54,395 nt of DNA from Gammaproteobacteria bacterium (GCA_047611905.1 JBLFWZ010000004.1:1-54395), one strand, 5' to 3'; shown: positions 9,407 to 20,576, numbered from the stretch's first letter. Notes: generated by a model not told the origin, from the sequence alone. Program-made: numbers and translations.

Positions 9407-10381
9407 TTAGTAGCAGCCGGCCTCCTTAGCGCGCAATTTAACAAGCGCAAGGACGAGATCGAGATTGGGGCACGGCAGATCAGCTGAGCGCGCCAGCTCT
9501 TGAACGGCCGTTACGACGGCATCGATTTCCATCGGTCTGCCGCTTTCTAGATCTTGTAGCATCGAGGTTTTGTGTTCGCCCACGGCGGCCGCACCATCGA
9601 TGCGCCGCTCGACGTCGATCGCGAAGCGCGCACCTAAGGCTTCGCCAATCGCTTGAACTTCGAGCATGATTGCGCGGGCTAGTGCACGCATCGCTTGATC
9701 ATTGCAAAGCGTCGCTAGACTCGCGCCGGTCAGTGCGCTGAGTGGATTGAATGCGACATTGCCCCATAACTTGACCCAAACTTCGTCTCGAATTCTCGAT
9801 TTTACGGGCGCCTTGAATCCTGCCTCTCGGAACAGCGCTGCAAGTTGGCCTACCCTCGCGGTTTTCTCACCAGACGGCTCGCCGAGCGTGAATCGATCGC
9901 CTTGCACATGCTCAATGACACCCGGTTCGCGGATTTCGCAAGCCGGATAAACGATGCAGCCGATCGCGCGCTGGGGCGTAAATCCTTGCCATTGTTTACT
10001 ACCCGGGTCGACACATTCGATAGGACGTTCTTGGTGGCCATTGCCGAGACCATGAAAATACCACCATGGGACGCCGTTCACGGCCGACACGATCGACGTT
10101 GTTGGACCACACAAGGTACGGATATTGTCGACAACGGGCGGTACGGAATGGGCCTTCAATGCGATGATCACGCTATCTTGTGGTCCTAATTCTGCCGCGT
10201 TATCCGTGCACGGGATTTTGCAGTTGTATCGCTCGCCGCCACTAATTAAGGTGAGCCCATCGGCTTGCAGCGCCGCGAGATGCGCACCACGCGCAACTAA
10301 ACTCACCTCGGCGCCCGCGAGCGCCAGTCGCGCACCGATGAAACCGCCAACCGCGCCGGCGCCGTAGATACAGATCTTCAC
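9407..10381 (-). CDS. panE: Ketopantoate reductase family protein (PanE/ApbA; candidate oxalyl-CoA reductase PanE2)
   Basis: GAGAVG, NGVPWWYF, WVKLWGNVAFNPLSALT, HKTSMLQDLE.GRPMEID. Confidence 0.85.
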   Translation of the reverse strand: MKICIYGAGAVGGFIGARLALAGAEVSLVARGAHLAALQADGLTLISGGERYNCKIPCTDNAAELGPQDSVIIALKAHSVPPVVDNIRTLCGPTTSIVSAVNGVPWWYFHGLGNGHQERPIECVDPGSKQWQGFTPQRAIGCIVYPACEIREPGVIEHVQGDRFTLGEPSGEKTARVGQLAALFREAGFKAPVKSRIRDEVWVKLWGNVAFNPLSALTGASLATLCNDQAMRALARAIMLEVQAIGEALGARFAIDVERRIDGAAAVGEHKTSMLQDLESGRPMEIDAVVTAVQELARSADLPCPNLDLVLALVKLRAKEAGCY

Positions 10382-10436
10382 ACGCTGTCTCTCATGCTTT
10401 GAGCAGATGGCGGGAAATACTCGAAGCTAAAAAGCA

Positions 10437-11963
10437 TCAGCTAAGCCCTAGTTTTTCCGCGAGCCCGATACGTTGTAATTTTCCAGTACTGCCTTTCGGT
10501 ATTTCTTCGAGGAATAAAATCTTCTTCGGTACTTTAAACGCCACTAATCGCTCGGCCGCGAACTCGCGCAATTCGCGTTCGCTCACCGCCATGCCCTCTT
10601 TAAGGACAACGGCCGCCGCAACGTCTTCGCCCAATTTCGGATGCGGCATTGCGAACGTAACGACTTGGGCGACGGCGGCGTGATCCATCAAGATGTTGTC
10701 AACTTCGCGCGGTGCAATTTTCTCGCCGCCCCGATTGATAATTTCCTTGAGGCGTCCACTGATCGTTAAGAAGCCGTCTGCATCAAAGATGCCTTGATCG
10801 CCGGTTCGAAACCAGTTTTCTCCGCCATCCGGATCGACCACGAAGGCGCTCGCATTCGCTTGCTCGTTAGCTTCGTAGCCAGCCGTGACGTTTGGGCCTC
10901 GGATCACGATTTCACCTTCTCCGTCACCGTCGACAAACTGCCCTTGTTGATTCATCAGGCGAACATTCGGCCCGGCGGACACGCCGACCGAGCCGGCCTT
11001 ACGTTGTCCGGGCGGCAACAAGTTGGAAGTCATCTGATGCGCCGCCTCTGTCATCCCATAGGACTCGATCACCGGACAAGCAAACGTATGCTCTAGTTCG
11101 TGCATCACTTGCGCCGGCAACGAAGACGACGATGAACGGATAAAACGTAATTTGGATGATCCGACAATCGCTTCGTTGCGCTTAGCCCGTTCGACAATAC
11201 TTTGATGCATGGTTGGAACTGCCGTGTACCACGTCGGTTGCTCGTCTTCCAACCATGCGAAAAACTTGAGCGCGTTGAAGCCGGGGGTGCAGGTGACGGA
11301 TGCGCCTGCGCACAACGACGATAGCACCGCCGCGATCAATCCATGGATGTGGAACAAAGGCATCACGTTCATGCAACTGTCTGTCGGGTTGAGGCTTAAG
11401 CTACGGCCGATATGCGCGGCCGAGGCACACAAATTCGCCTGAGTTAACGGGACGATTTTTGGGCGCGAGGTGGTCCCAGAGGTATGCAAAACGAGCGCGG
11501 TATCCAGATTGCCGGCGAGGGTTGCTTGCTTGCCCTCAGACAAAGAGCCGAAATCAAGATCGAAGCAGCCGGCGGCGCTGTCTGCTTGCGCATGGAGTTC
11601 GATGATATTGATGCCCTTGCTCCGCGCGATGTCTCGGGCTGGACTCGCGACACCGGCGCTGAGCACGATCGCCTTTGCGTTGAGGTCGGCCAGATAGAAA
11701 TCAAACTCAGCTTCGGTGTAAGCGGGATTTAGCGGCGCAGCCGCCACGACGCTCGCTAAGGCGACAAAACTGCTTGCCATTTCCGGGCCGTTCGGCAAAA
11801 CGATAGCGACCCGATCATTTGCGCCAAGGCCGTGGGTACGCAAGGCTGCGCCAACTTCCGCGCTTTGGCTGCGCAGCGCCGAAAACGTCATCGACGCTCG
11901 CTCGGGCGCGCCGATGGCATGGCGCTCGGGACTGCCGGTTTCAAGCAACTGAACAAGGGTCAT
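10437..11963 (-). CDS. Acyl-CoA synthetase, oxalate-CoA ligase (AAE3/Oxs)-like
   Basis: LHTSGTTSRPK, MPLFHIHGL, TWYTAVPTMHQ, ESYGMTEAAHQMTSN, RTGDQG, KEIINRGGEK; ATG at 11963 preferred. Confidence 0.85.
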   Translation of the reverse strand: MTLVQLLETGSPERHAIGAPERASMTFSALRSQSAEVGAALRTHGLGANDRVAIVLPNGPEMASSFVALASVVAAAPLNPAYTEAEFDFYLADLNAKAIVLSAGVASPARDIARSKGINIIELHAQADSAAGCFDLDFGSLSEGKQATLAGNLDTALVLHTSGTTSRPKIVPLTQANLCASAAHIGRSLSLNPTDSCMNVMPLFHIHGLIAAVLSSLCAGASVTCTPGFNALKFFAWLEDEQPTWYTAVPTMHQSIVERAKRNEAIVGSSKLRFIRSSSSSLPAQVMHELEHTFACPVIESYGMTEAAHQMTSNLLPPGQRKAGSVGVSAGPNVRLMNQQGQFVDGDGEGEIVIRGPNVTAGYEANEQANASAFVVDPDGGENWFRTGDQGIFDADGFLTISGRLKEIINRGGEKIAPREVDNILMDHAAVAQVVTFAMPHPKLGEDVAAAVVLKEGMAVSERELREFAAERLVAFKVPKKILFLEEIPKGSTGKLQRIGLAEKLGLS

Positions 11964-12139
11964 AGATTCTCTCTTAGTCCACACGAGGTACGGCGATCCA
12001 TGCTACTGACGGGCGCCACGAACAGCAACGGCACGGGTGTCTCGAGGCATAATTAACTTCCAACGTCGGCGACTGGCAAATTCTACCGCGACTGGATAAG
12101 CTCCTGAGCCCCGGAATTAAACTCATTAGGGAAACGAAT

Positions 12140-12481
12140 ATGGCAATAACTGCAGAAGATATGGTGAAAGCGGCCAAGGCTGAGATCGAAGAAATTAGTG
12201 TCGCAGATGCTAAGGGGTTAGTTGGCAGCGGTGTTGTATTTATCGACGTTCGGGAGCCGCCAGAATGGCAGGCCGGCACAGTTGCTGATGCGCTATGCAT
12301 CCCGCGTGGTGTACTCGAATGGCGTTCGGCTGCGGACGAGCCGCTTAAAGACAAATCGAAGCCCATTATTGTTTACTGCAAAAGCGGCGGTCGTTCTGCA
12401 CTAGCTGCGCAAACGTTGCAAAAGCTGGGTTTTGGCGATGTTAAGTCGATGGCCGGCGGTTACGAAGCCTGGTCTGCGTAA
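12140..12481 (+). CDS. Single-domain rhodanese/sulfurtransferase
   Basis: IDVRE..EW, IPRGVLE, VYCKSGGRS, MAGGYEAW. Confidence 0.92.
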   Translation: MAITAEDMVKAAKAEIEEISVADAKGLVGSGVVFIDVREPPEWQAGTVADALCIPRGVLEWRSAADEPLKDKSKPIIVYCKSGGRSALAAQTLQKLGFGDVKSMAGGYEAWSA

Positions 12482-12526
12482 CACATCGTGTTCGAATCTA
12501 TTCAATAATTTTGAGTACCATTAAAT

Positions 12527-13309
12527 ATGAATGCTAAATCATTTGACTTGAGCGGCCGGATTGCTCTGATCACCGGCGGTAGCCGCGGTCTCGGGCGGCA
12601 AATGGCGCTCGCGTTTGCCGCACACGGAGCGGATGTCGCAATAGCAAGCCGCAAACTCGATCAGTGCGAAGCAACGGCTAAAGAGATAGAGGCGTTGGGT
12701 CGGCGCGCCTTACCCATTGCCTGCCACGTCGGTAAATGGGATGAGTTAGAGGGTTTGGTGGATGCCGTTTATGCACACTTCGGACGTATCGACGTGCTGG
12801 TAAACAACGCCGGCATGTCACCTTTGTACGAATCGCTCGATCAGATGTCTGAAGAATTATTCGACAAAGTAATTGGCGTCAATCTTAAAGGGCCGTTTCG
12901 CCTGAGTGCCTTAGTGGGTACGCGCATGGCGGCGGCGGATGGCGGTAGCATCATCAATATATCGAGTACCGGGTCGGTCACGCCAAGTCCACATGCCGAA
13001 CCCTACGGCGCTGCAAAAGCCGGACTCAACGCGATCACCCGATCGTTTGCTCATGCTTACGCACCTAAGGTGCGTGTCAATGCAATTATGGCGGGACCGT
13101 TTCTCACCGACATCTCTAAAGCCTGGGATATGGAACGCTTCGAAGCGAAGGCCAAGCAATCGATTCCCCTGCAGCGCGGCGGCGAACCCGAAGAGATAGC
13201 CGGCGCGGCGCTTTACTTAGCGAGTGATGCATCGAGTTACACGACCGGGTCGATTATTACGGTAGACGGCGGCGCGGGCGGCAACCCGGGACTAGTTTCC
13301 GCGGACTAG
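12527..13309 (+). CDS. Short-chain dehydrogenase/reductase
   Basis: TGGSRGLG, NNAG, YGAAK catalytic motif. Confidence 0.95.
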   Translation: MNAKSFDLSGRIALITGGSRGLGRQMALAFAAHGADVAIASRKLDQCEATAKEIEALGRRALPIACHVGKWDELEGLVDAVYAHFGRIDVLVNNAGMSPLYESLDQMSEELFDKVIGVNLKGPFRLSALVGTRMAAADGGSIINISSTGSVTPSPHAEPYGAAKAGLNAITRSFAHAYAPKVRVNAIMAGPFLTDISKAWDMERFEAKAKQSIPLQRGGEPEEIAGAALYLASDASSYTTGSIITVDGGAGGNPGLVSAD

Positions 13310-13410
13310 CAGCGAAACTCAGCGAATTCATGTGCGGACAAGTGGCGCCTGACGGCCAACGAAAAATCTATATTATTTAAATAAATCAAATACTTATTGA
13401 GGAACCACCG

Positions 13411-13833
13411 CTGGATTTACTGAATCTCGCGACTCAGTTATTTATGGAAAAACTCGGCGGCGGTGCCGGTGGACTCAGCGAAGGCGCCGTTTCCGGTGCG
13501 CTTGGCGGCCTACTTGGCGGCGGCGACGGCAATATCGACCTGGCCGGGATTATTTCGAAGCCAGATGGCGGCGGACTCGCCAACATCGCCAAATCATGGC
13601 TGGGGCACGGCGGCAACGACGGAATTTCCGCGCAACAAATTCTGTCTATGTTTGGCGATTCGGCAGTCGGAGATTTCGCCTCCAAGCTCAACCTGGATAA
13701 ATCGGCAGCAACCGACGGTTTAGCCGGGATGCTCCCCGATCTAATCGACGGTAGTAGCAAGGGCGGTAGTTTGCTCGACTCGGTCGGCGGTGCCGGTGGC
13801 TTGCTAGGCATGGCGTCTAAATTTCTCAAGTAA
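13411..13833 (+). CDS. yidB: YidB/DUF937 family protein (start probably CTG at 13411; first ATG at 13444)
   Basis: GGL..IAKSWLG.G.N..IS.QQI, LAGMLPDLID pattern; in-frame extension (L/M)DLLNLATQLFM behind a GAGG RBS at 13399-13402. Confidence 0.75.
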   Translation: MDLLNLATQLFMEKLGGGAGGLSEGAVSGALGGLLGGGDGNIDLAGIISKPDGGGLANIAKSWLGHGGNDGISAQQILSMFGDSAVGDFASKLNLDKSAATDGLAGMLPDLIDGSSKGGSLLDSVGGAGGLLGMASKFLK

Positions 13834-13909
13834 GTAATCACTATCGTTTAAACACAGATAGAATTTGAAAAATTTAGTGTCCTCTAGCATGCGCGAGCAG
13901 AGTCGCGGC

Positions 13910-14383
13910 TTAAATCTTAAGCGGTCCGACTTGCAGTTTACGAGTTAATTGCAGCCGCACTCGATCCACGAGCCCAAGGTGAGATGGGTCCGGATGATGG
14001 AATTTGACGGTCATGTCGAGCCCCTTGCGCTGGGGGAGATGATGTGGAGATTCGATAAAAAATAAGGTCGCAACGTTCTTTTCTGGCGAGAACCGAACCG
14101 TCACCTCTCGCGAGAATAAGATTTTAGCGCGGCGCACAAACGAAACCGTGACGGCCAAATCGACAGCGCTTTGAGGCCGTCCGGCCGGCTGTTCATCGGG
14201 CTCAAGATAGAGCTCGGCGTAGTACGTCCCGAGACGCGACAAGTACACCGAATAGGTTGTTTGAACGTCTGGCGTGGTATTGAGCACTTCGTTGAAAACC
14301 GTCAGGCGCGAACTATTCGCACAGGCGCCTGTGGCAAAGCCAAGCATCAAGACAAGTAAGGAAACGAATTGTTTGTGATTCAT
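13910..14383 (-). CDS. Hypothetical exported protein / putative lipoprotein
   Basis: ATG at 14383; MNHKQFVSLLVLMLGFATGAC signal peptide ending in a lipobox-like Cys; beta-rich mature part. Confidence 0.65.
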   Translation of the reverse strand: MNHKQFVSLLVLMLGFATGACANSSRLTVFNEVLNTTPDVQTTYSVYLSRLGTYYAELYLEPDEQPAGRPQSAVDLAVTVSFVRRAKILFSREVTVRFSPEKNVATLFFIESPHHLPQRKGLDMTVKFHHPDPSHLGLVDRVRLQLTRKLQVGPLKI

Positions 14384-14731
14384 GCGAGCTCCTTTGGACG
14401 TGCAGCAGTGCACCATCCGGTCTGATATTCAGAGCCTCGAGCAGAAAAAAAGTTCGCCGCGGTTGTTTCAGCGATGCCGCCTGACCAGGTTCGCAAGCAT
14501 GACCGCACTTTAATTAAGCGCCGTAGAACCGAGATCCCCTCGTCGCTCACTAGTTTTAAGACCCCGCCTGGTCTTGTGTCCCGCTACCGTAATTTGTGGT
14601 CCGGTTGTTTGCCTGTCACGAGGCAGCGTTATTCGTCGCTCGCTTAGCCAGGCGTGCAACCACGCTCTTCGTACCTTGCCTTACAACGCGAGACCAGTGC
14701 GCGTCGCGAAACGCCATCGTCCGAAGTCGCA

Positions 14732-16078
14732 TTAGTCTCGGCGAGAAAAAATAAGCGGCAACCCGTGGCGTTGTTTCAAAGTCACCTTCGCTTGCGCTTC
14801 AACCGGGTGACCGGGAACAAGCTTGATTCGATAGCGTTGTACGATCTGAGCAAGCACCAGCTGAACCTCCAACATTGCCATGCCAAGACCGATGCAAGCC
14901 CTCGGTCCTGCGGCAAACGGTAAATAACAATACGAATGGCGGCCTTCGCCTGCGGTTTGCTGGAATCGATCCGGGTCGAAACGTTCCGGATCAGGCCAAA
15001 ATTCGGCATGACGATGGAGCGCGTACGGCACGACCGCCACGTAGGCCCCCGCTGGGATCTCGTAGTCGCCGAACACCTCAGCTTGCAGTGAGCGTCGTCC
15101 AATCGCCCACACCGGCGGATAAATGCGCATTGATTCCTGCACGACTTGTTTTAGATAAGGCACGGAATTTAGATCTTTGTGGCCCGCAGGGCTTCCGGCT
15201 AATGCCTCGTCGAGTGCTTCTGCTAAGCGCTCCGCAACTTCCGGATGCTGCGCAAGCAAGTACAACGTCCACGCCAATGCCATCGATGATGTTTCGTGTC
15301 CCGCGAGCATTAGAGTGACCACCTCGTCTCGCATCTGCACTTTATCCATCGCCTCATTGGTATCCGGGTCGCGGGCGCCGATGAGCCTATCCAAAATATC
15401 GTTCTCTTGGTCACCCTCACGACGGCGTGCTGCGATCATGGTGTAGACAATGTCGTCCAGCCGCCGCTTGGCTTTACGCCATTTGATGTTGTATGGCGTC
15501 GGCAGCCACGAATACAAAGTCAATAGCGCTCGGATTTCTTGGGTCTGTAGGTTAACGAGTTCGAGAATCTCAGCGACTTCGTCTGCGTATTGATCGATAT
15601 CGCTACCGAATAAGGTCGCACCGACGATCTGGAACGTGAGCCGGCCCATTTGCTGGTCGACCCAAATCGGCCCGCCCGAGAGTTGTTTGTCCCAGGTATC
15701 CAGCATCGTCTTGGTGAGCGAGTTGATTGGCCCGTCGAAACCGTTAACGACGCGGTTCGCGAACATCGGCTGCATCAATTTGCGTTGCTTGACCCAGTGC
15801 GGTCCATCGTTGGAAACGAGGCCATTGCCCATGATTCGCGACAACACACGGTAATCAATGATGTCTTTCGAAAAATGCTCGTAAGAAGGTGACAAGACGC
15901 GCCGCACATGGTCCGGGTGATTCACGAAATACACGTCAAAAAAACCTCGCCAACGCACCACGTCACCGTAGCGCTGGATCAGCTCATACATAAAATTTGG
16001 CGGGTCTTCGTTTGCACGCCGCACGTTCCAGAAACGTCGTGGGGTCGGCGGCAATTGATGAGGATTGGGCATAAGCAA
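14732..16078 (-). CDS. Cytochrome P450
   Basis: AGHETS I-helix, ESMR (ExxR), PERFDP, FAAGPRACIG heme-ligand motif. Confidence 0.97.
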   Translation of the reverse strand: MLMPNPHQLPPTPRRFWNVRRANEDPPNFMYELIQRYGDVVRWRGFFDVYFVNHPDHVRRVLSPSYEHFSKDIIDYRVLSRIMGNGLVSNDGPHWVKQRKLMQPMFANRVVNGFDGPINSLTKTMLDTWDKQLSGGPIWVDQQMGRLTFQIVGATLFGSDIDQYADEVAEILELVNLQTQEIRALLTLYSWLPTPYNIKWRKAKRRLDDIVYTMIAARRREGDQENDILDRLIGARDPDTNEAMDKVQMRDEVVTLMLAGHETSSMALAWTLYLLAQHPEVAERLAEALDEALAGSPAGHKDLNSVPYLKQVVQESMRIYPPVWAIGRRSLQAEVFGDYEIPAGAYVAVVPYALHRHAEFWPDPERFDPDRFQQTAGEGRHSYCYLPFAAGPRACIGLGMAMLEVQLVLAQIVQRYRIKLVPGHPVEAQAKVTLKQRHGLPLIFSRRD

Positions 16079-16269
16079 ATTCTCTCGCTTAAACGACGGC
16101 TCGGTTATTTCGGGCCAGGTATTATGACAGCTGCTCGCAGCTTATTTTGCGCCGACTACGTGGGAATACCAATCATGCGGCGAGCGACGACTGTCGCTCC
16201 GCCCGCATTGGACAAAACGGCCGCGCGATTTGCTAAAGTAGAAAAAATCATTAAACCCGGGAACCCGCT

Positions 16270-16944
16270 ATGGAACTAACCGATGTCATGAGAACTGCAT
16301 TTTCAGCTCGAGCGTTCGCGAGCGATCCGGTCAGCGACGAAACTTTATATCGAATTTTAGACAACGCTCGGTTCGCGCCAAGCGGCGCAAACAATCAGGG
16401 TTGGCGGGTGATTGTGGTTCGCGATACCAGTATTCGCCGTCAACTCGCGGACATCTGCATCCCGGTGTTTCGCTACTATCGCGCGCAGGACGACGCCGGC
16501 GAGGTGCCGTTCAATCCGATTACGCCAACGTCTGTGCGTCCTGAAGTGGCTGATTCGACGGCGCTACGCTACCCCATGCTCGAACATTTCGATGATCCGA
16601 GCAAAGTACCACTCGTGTTAGTCGTCGCCTTGGATTTGACAGTTGTCACGGCATTCGATGCGGAACAACCACGCATCGGCGTCATCAGTGGCGCATCAAT
16701 CTACCCATTCGCATGGAATATACTCTTGGCCGCGCGCAACGAAGGTCTCGGTGGTGTGCTGACAACATTCTTAGCCCACGGAGAAAAACAAGCTCAAGCG
16801 ATTCTCGGACTACCCGACCACTACGCCGTCGCGGCAATGCTACCGCTCGGAAAGCCTGCCAAACCGCTGAGCAAACTTCGGCGCCGCTCGGTCGAGTCCT
16901 TTACAACGATTGATCGATTTGACGGCCCAGTATTCGACAAATGA
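16270..16944 (+). CDS. Nitroreductase family protein
   Basis: SARAF, ARFAPSGANNQGW, NILLAARNEGLGG. Confidence 0.92.
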   Translation: MELTDVMRTAFSARAFASDPVSDETLYRILDNARFAPSGANNQGWRVIVVRDTSIRRQLADICIPVFRYYRAQDDAGEVPFNPITPTSVRPEVADSTALRYPMLEHFDDPSKVPLVLVVALDLTVVTAFDAEQPRIGVISGASIYPFAWNILLAARNEGLGGVLTTFLAHGEKQAQAILGLPDHYAVAAMLPLGKPAKPLSKLRRRSVESFTTIDRFDGPVFDK

Positions 16945-17186
16945 ATATCCGCGGCTGCCTCCATTGATAAGCTTCGCCTAGACGGACTAAAACCTGACTT
17001 CAACGGTAGGTTTCGCTAAGATAGCCGGCTAATTCCCGTATCGTTGGCATAAGCGTGCAATCCACACTTCTCCAAGTTTGGCCACCGCCTATGTCTGCGC
17101 CGCCGCAACGTTAGAGAATTCCAACTCGTTTCGCGCGATGTGAATCAAGCAGAGGCTCGCGGTCTCTTAACTTAAGGACAGGAGTA

Positions 17187-18743
17187 GTGACAATGAAGAT
17201 TGCCGTACCGCGCGAGGTACATGCTAACGAGTGCAGAGTCGCATCCACTCCGGATGTTGTCGAAAAACTGATCGCTTTAGGCTTTGAGGTCAGCGTCGAA
17301 TCAGATGCCGGTGCGCGCGCAAGTTTTTCCGATCAAAGCTATCAGGCCGCTGGTGCGACCATCGTAAGCGACACCGAAACCTTATGGCGCGAAGCCGATA
17401 TTATCCTCAAGGTTCGTAGCCCCGAAACGCATCCTAGTCTCGCACGACATGAATCGGATTTACTCCATGAAGGGCAAACGCTGTTGTCGTTTATTTGGCC
17501 TGCTCAAAACCCTGAGTTGATGGCGCAGCTCGCAGAGAGAAAAGTTACCGTACTTGCGCTCGATAGCGTGCCGCGAATTTCACGTGCACAAAAACTCGAT
17601 GCCTTGAGTTCTATGGCGAATATTGGCGGCTACCGCGCCGTCATCGAAGCGGCAAACAATTTCGGACGCTTCTTCACCGGACAAATCACGGCTGCAGGTA
17701 AAGTGCCGCCGGCTAAAGTGATGGTCATTGGTGCTGGTGTTGCTGGGCTTTCCGCGATCGGTACCGCCATGAGTCTCGGCGCGATTGTGCGCGCGTTCGA
17801 TACGCGGCCTGAAGTAAAAGAACAGATCGAAAGTATGGGCGCGCAATTCCTAGAACTCGATTTCAAAGAAGAAGCGAGCGGCACCGGCGGCTACGCGAAA
17901 GAAATGAGTCCCGCCTTCATCGAAGCTGAAATGGCTTTGTTCCGCGCCCAGGCCGCCGAAGTCGACATCATTATCACGACCGCGCTGATACCGGGGAAAC
18001 CCGCACCAAAACTCATTCTTGCCGACATGGTCGAGATCATGCGTGACGGCAGCGTCATCGTCGACATGGCTGCCGAACAAGGCGGTAATTGCGAACTCAC
18101 AGTTGCCGGTGAAATCACCGTTCAACATGGCGTGAAAGTCATTGGCTATGTCGATCTCCCGAGCCGCTTGGCTGCCCAATCAAGTCAGCTATACGGCACG
18201 AATCTGCGCAACCTATTAACCGAATTATGCCCTGAAAAAAACGGGGAAATTGTCGTCAACATGGAAGACGAAGTTATCCGCGGGACGACTGTTATTAAAG
18301 ACGGCGAGATTACCTGGCCGCCACCAGCACCCAAACTCTCGGCCGCACCCCAGAAGCCGCCTGCACCTGCAAAAGTTGCTGTGGTCGAAACAAAGCGCGG
18401 TGGCGGATGGAGTTCCACGCTGACATTGATAATCGGCGGGCTCGCACTGTGGGGCTTAGGATCGGTCGCACCGCCGATATTTATGTCGCACTTCACGGTC
18501 TTCGTGCTGGCGTGTTTTATCGGCTACCAAGTCATTTGGAATGTGACCCCAGCACTACACACCCCCTTGATGAGTGTCACAAACGCAATTAGCGGCATCA
18601 TCGTGCTCGGTGCTGTACTGCAAGTATCGACCGATTCGTTTGTGATAACGCTCCTAGCTGGCGTCGCGATTTTAATTGCCTCAATTAACATCGCCGGTGG
18701 TTTCTTGGTTACTCAACGCATGCTGCGCATGTTTCAACGATAA
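17187..18743 (+). CDS. pntA: NAD(P) transhydrogenase alpha subunit
   Basis: [43 protein letters not shown]-terminal TM helices; AGGAG RBS. Confidence 0.98.
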   Translation: MTMKIAVPREVHANECRVASTPDVVEKLIALGFEVSVESDAGARASFSDQSYQAAGATIVSDTETLWREADIILKVRSPETHPSLARHESDLLHEGQTLLSFIWPAQNPELMAQLAERKVTVLALDSVPRISRAQKLDALSSMANIGGYRAVIEAANNFGRFFTGQITAAGKVPPAKVMVIGAGVAGLSAIGTAMSLGAIVRAFDTRPEVKEQIESMGAQFLELDFKEEASGTGGYAKEMSPAFIEAEMALFRAQAAEVDIIITTALIPGKPAPKLILADMVEIMRDGSVIVDMAAEQGGNCELTVAGEITVQHGVKVIGYVDLPSRLAAQSSQLYGTNLRNLLTELCPEKNGEIVVNMEDEVIRGTTVIKDGEITWPPPAPKLSAAPQKPPAPAKVAVVETKRGGGWSSTLTLIIGGLALWGLGSVAPPIFMSHFTVFVLACFIGYQVIWNVTPALHTPLMSVTNAISGIIVLGAVLQVSTDSFVITLLAGVAILIASINIAGGFLVTQRMLRMFQR

Positions 18744-18752
18744 GGAATCGTA

Positions 18753-20141
18753 ATGGCCTCTGGACCACTGACTGCGGCATACATTGCTGCAACCATATTG
18801 TTTATTCTCAGTCTTGGCGGACTCAGTCACCCGGAGACCGCACGACGCGGCAATCTATACGGCATGTGCGGTATGGGATTGGCGATCATCGCAACCATCC
18901 TCAGTGCACAAGTTAGCTCTTACATTGTCTTGATCGTCATGATGCTTGCCGGTGGTGCGATCGGTACTTTCGCCGCAACGAAAGTGCAAATGACCGAGAT
19001 GCCTGAGCTCGTGGCTATGTTGCATAGCTTCGTCGGTCTTGCTGCCGTGCTCATCGGCTACGCGACTTACATCGACCCCTCGCACGTCTTCATCGGCGCG
19101 GAGAAAACCATTCATGAAGTAGAAATTTATCTTGGCATATTGATCGGCGCGGTGACGTTTACCGGATCGATAATTGCGTTTGGGAAACTACGCGGGCTGA
19201 TTGATGGTAAGTCCATGCTGCTTCCCGCACGGCATTTTTTGAACCTCGGGCTCGCCATTCTCTGTTTATGGTTAGGTGCGCTATTCGTTGGCAATGAATC
19301 GATGAGTGCCGGCATCTGGGTACTGTTCTTTATGACATTGATTGCATTCGCATTTGGCGTGCACATGGTGATGGCGATCGGCGGCGCCGACATGCCAGTG
19401 GTGGTGTCGATGTTGAATAGTTATTCAGGATGGGCGGCGGCGGCGACCGGCTTCATGTTATCCAACGACTTGCTAATCGTAACCGGCGCCTTAGTCGGTT
19501 CGAGTGGCGCAATCTTAAGTTACATCATGTGCCGGGCTATGAACCGTAATTTTATCAGCGTCATCGCGGGTGGTTTCGGTACTTCGAGCGGCGGACCTGC
19601 CGTGTCGTACGAAGGGGAAGCGGTGCCAATCTCCGCCGAAGATACGGCAGAACTACTTCGCGATGCAGATAGCATCATCATTATTCCAGGTTATGGCATG
19701 GCGGTAGCCCATGCGCAAAATATTGTCTCTGAATTGACGACGACGTTGCGCGAAAGAGGGAAAAACGTGCGCTTCGCAATCCATCCCGTCGCCGGTCGCA
19801 TGCCAGGACACATGAACGTGTTGCTCGCCGAAGCGCGCGTGTCCTACGACATCGTTTTAGAGATGGATGAAATTAATGACGATTTCCCAACTTGCGACGT
19901 CGCAATTGTGATTGGGGCGAACGATATCGTTAACCCGGCAGCTCAAGAAGAACCAAACAGCCCCATCGCGGGAATGCCCGTGTTGGAAGTCTGGAAAGCG
20001 AAGACAGCGATCGTATTAAAACGTTCGATGGCGACGGGCTATGCTGGGGTCGACAATCCTTTGTTCTTCCGCCCCAATACGCAAATGCTATTCGGTGATG
20101 CTAAGGCCAGTCTCGACGAAGTTTTCAAGGCGCTTAAGTAG
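18753..20141 (+). CDS. pntB: NAD(P) transhydrogenase beta subunit
   Basis: [51 protein letters not shown]. Confidence 0.98.
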   Translation: MASGPLTAAYIAATILFILSLGGLSHPETARRGNLYGMCGMGLAIIATILSAQVSSYIVLIVMMLAGGAIGTFAATKVQMTEMPELVAMLHSFVGLAAVLIGYATYIDPSHVFIGAEKTIHEVEIYLGILIGAVTFTGSIIAFGKLRGLIDGKSMLLPARHFLNLGLAILCLWLGALFVGNESMSAGIWVLFFMTLIAFAFGVHMVMAIGGADMPVVVSMLNSYSGWAAAATGFMLSNDLLIVTGALVGSSGAILSYIMCRAMNRNFISVIAGGFGTSSGGPAVSYEGEAVPISAEDTAELLRDADSIIIIPGYGMAVAHAQNIVSELTTTLRERGKNVRFAIHPVAGRMPGHMNVLLAEARVSYDIVLEMDEINDDFPTCDVAIVIGANDIVNPAAQEEPNSPIAGMPVLEVWKAKTAIVLKRSMATGYAGVDNPLFFRPNTQMLFGDAKASLDEVFKALK

Positions 20142-20168
20142 AACGTCGGCTACGACGTAGCCATATTA

Positions 20169-20576
20169 ATGGCGCTTGAAGGCGAATGCTTATGCGGAGC
20201 AATTGGATACCGTATTAGTGGAGAACTTATCAATCCACGTAGCTGTCATTGCTCGCGTTGTCGTAAAGCTTTCAGTGGAGCGGGTTCTGCGTATGCAGAA
20301 GTTGATAGTAAAACTTTCGTCTGGAGTCGCGGCGAAACTGAGTTGACGATCTACGGTAAAGCCCAGGGATTCGCGCTAGGCTTTTGTCGGCTTTGTGGTT
20401 CTACCTTATGCGGCCTCTATTGCGGCGACATCCACGGCATTACATTAGGTAGCTTGATAGGCGACCCCGGCATCATTATCGAAAAACATATTTTCGTCGA
20501 CTCAAAAGCGAGCTGGGACATGATTGGCGGCGATGCTCCGCAATTCTCACAAGGCCTAAACTCGGCTGCTCGCTGA
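20169..20576 (+). CDS. GFA/CENP-V family protein
   Basis: GECLCG, CHCSRCRK, FCRLCGS, HIFVDSKASW. Confidence 0.9.
   Translation: MALEGECLCGAIGYRISGELINPRSCHCSRCRKAFSGAGSAYAEVDSKTFVWSRGETELTIYGKAQGFALGFCRLCGSTLCGLYCGDIHGITLGSLIGDPGIIIEKHIFVDSKASWDMIGGDAPQFSQGLNSAAR

Noticed and set aside
14540-14730. Short hairpins and a faint AAGGC...AACGC layout suggesting a decayed hairpin MITE
   Set aside because: No definable terminal repeats; pairing too weak to support
17044-17060. Sigma-54 promoter upstream of pntA (TTGGCATAAGCGTGCAA)
   Set aside because: GG-to-GC spacing is 9 nt rather than the required 10
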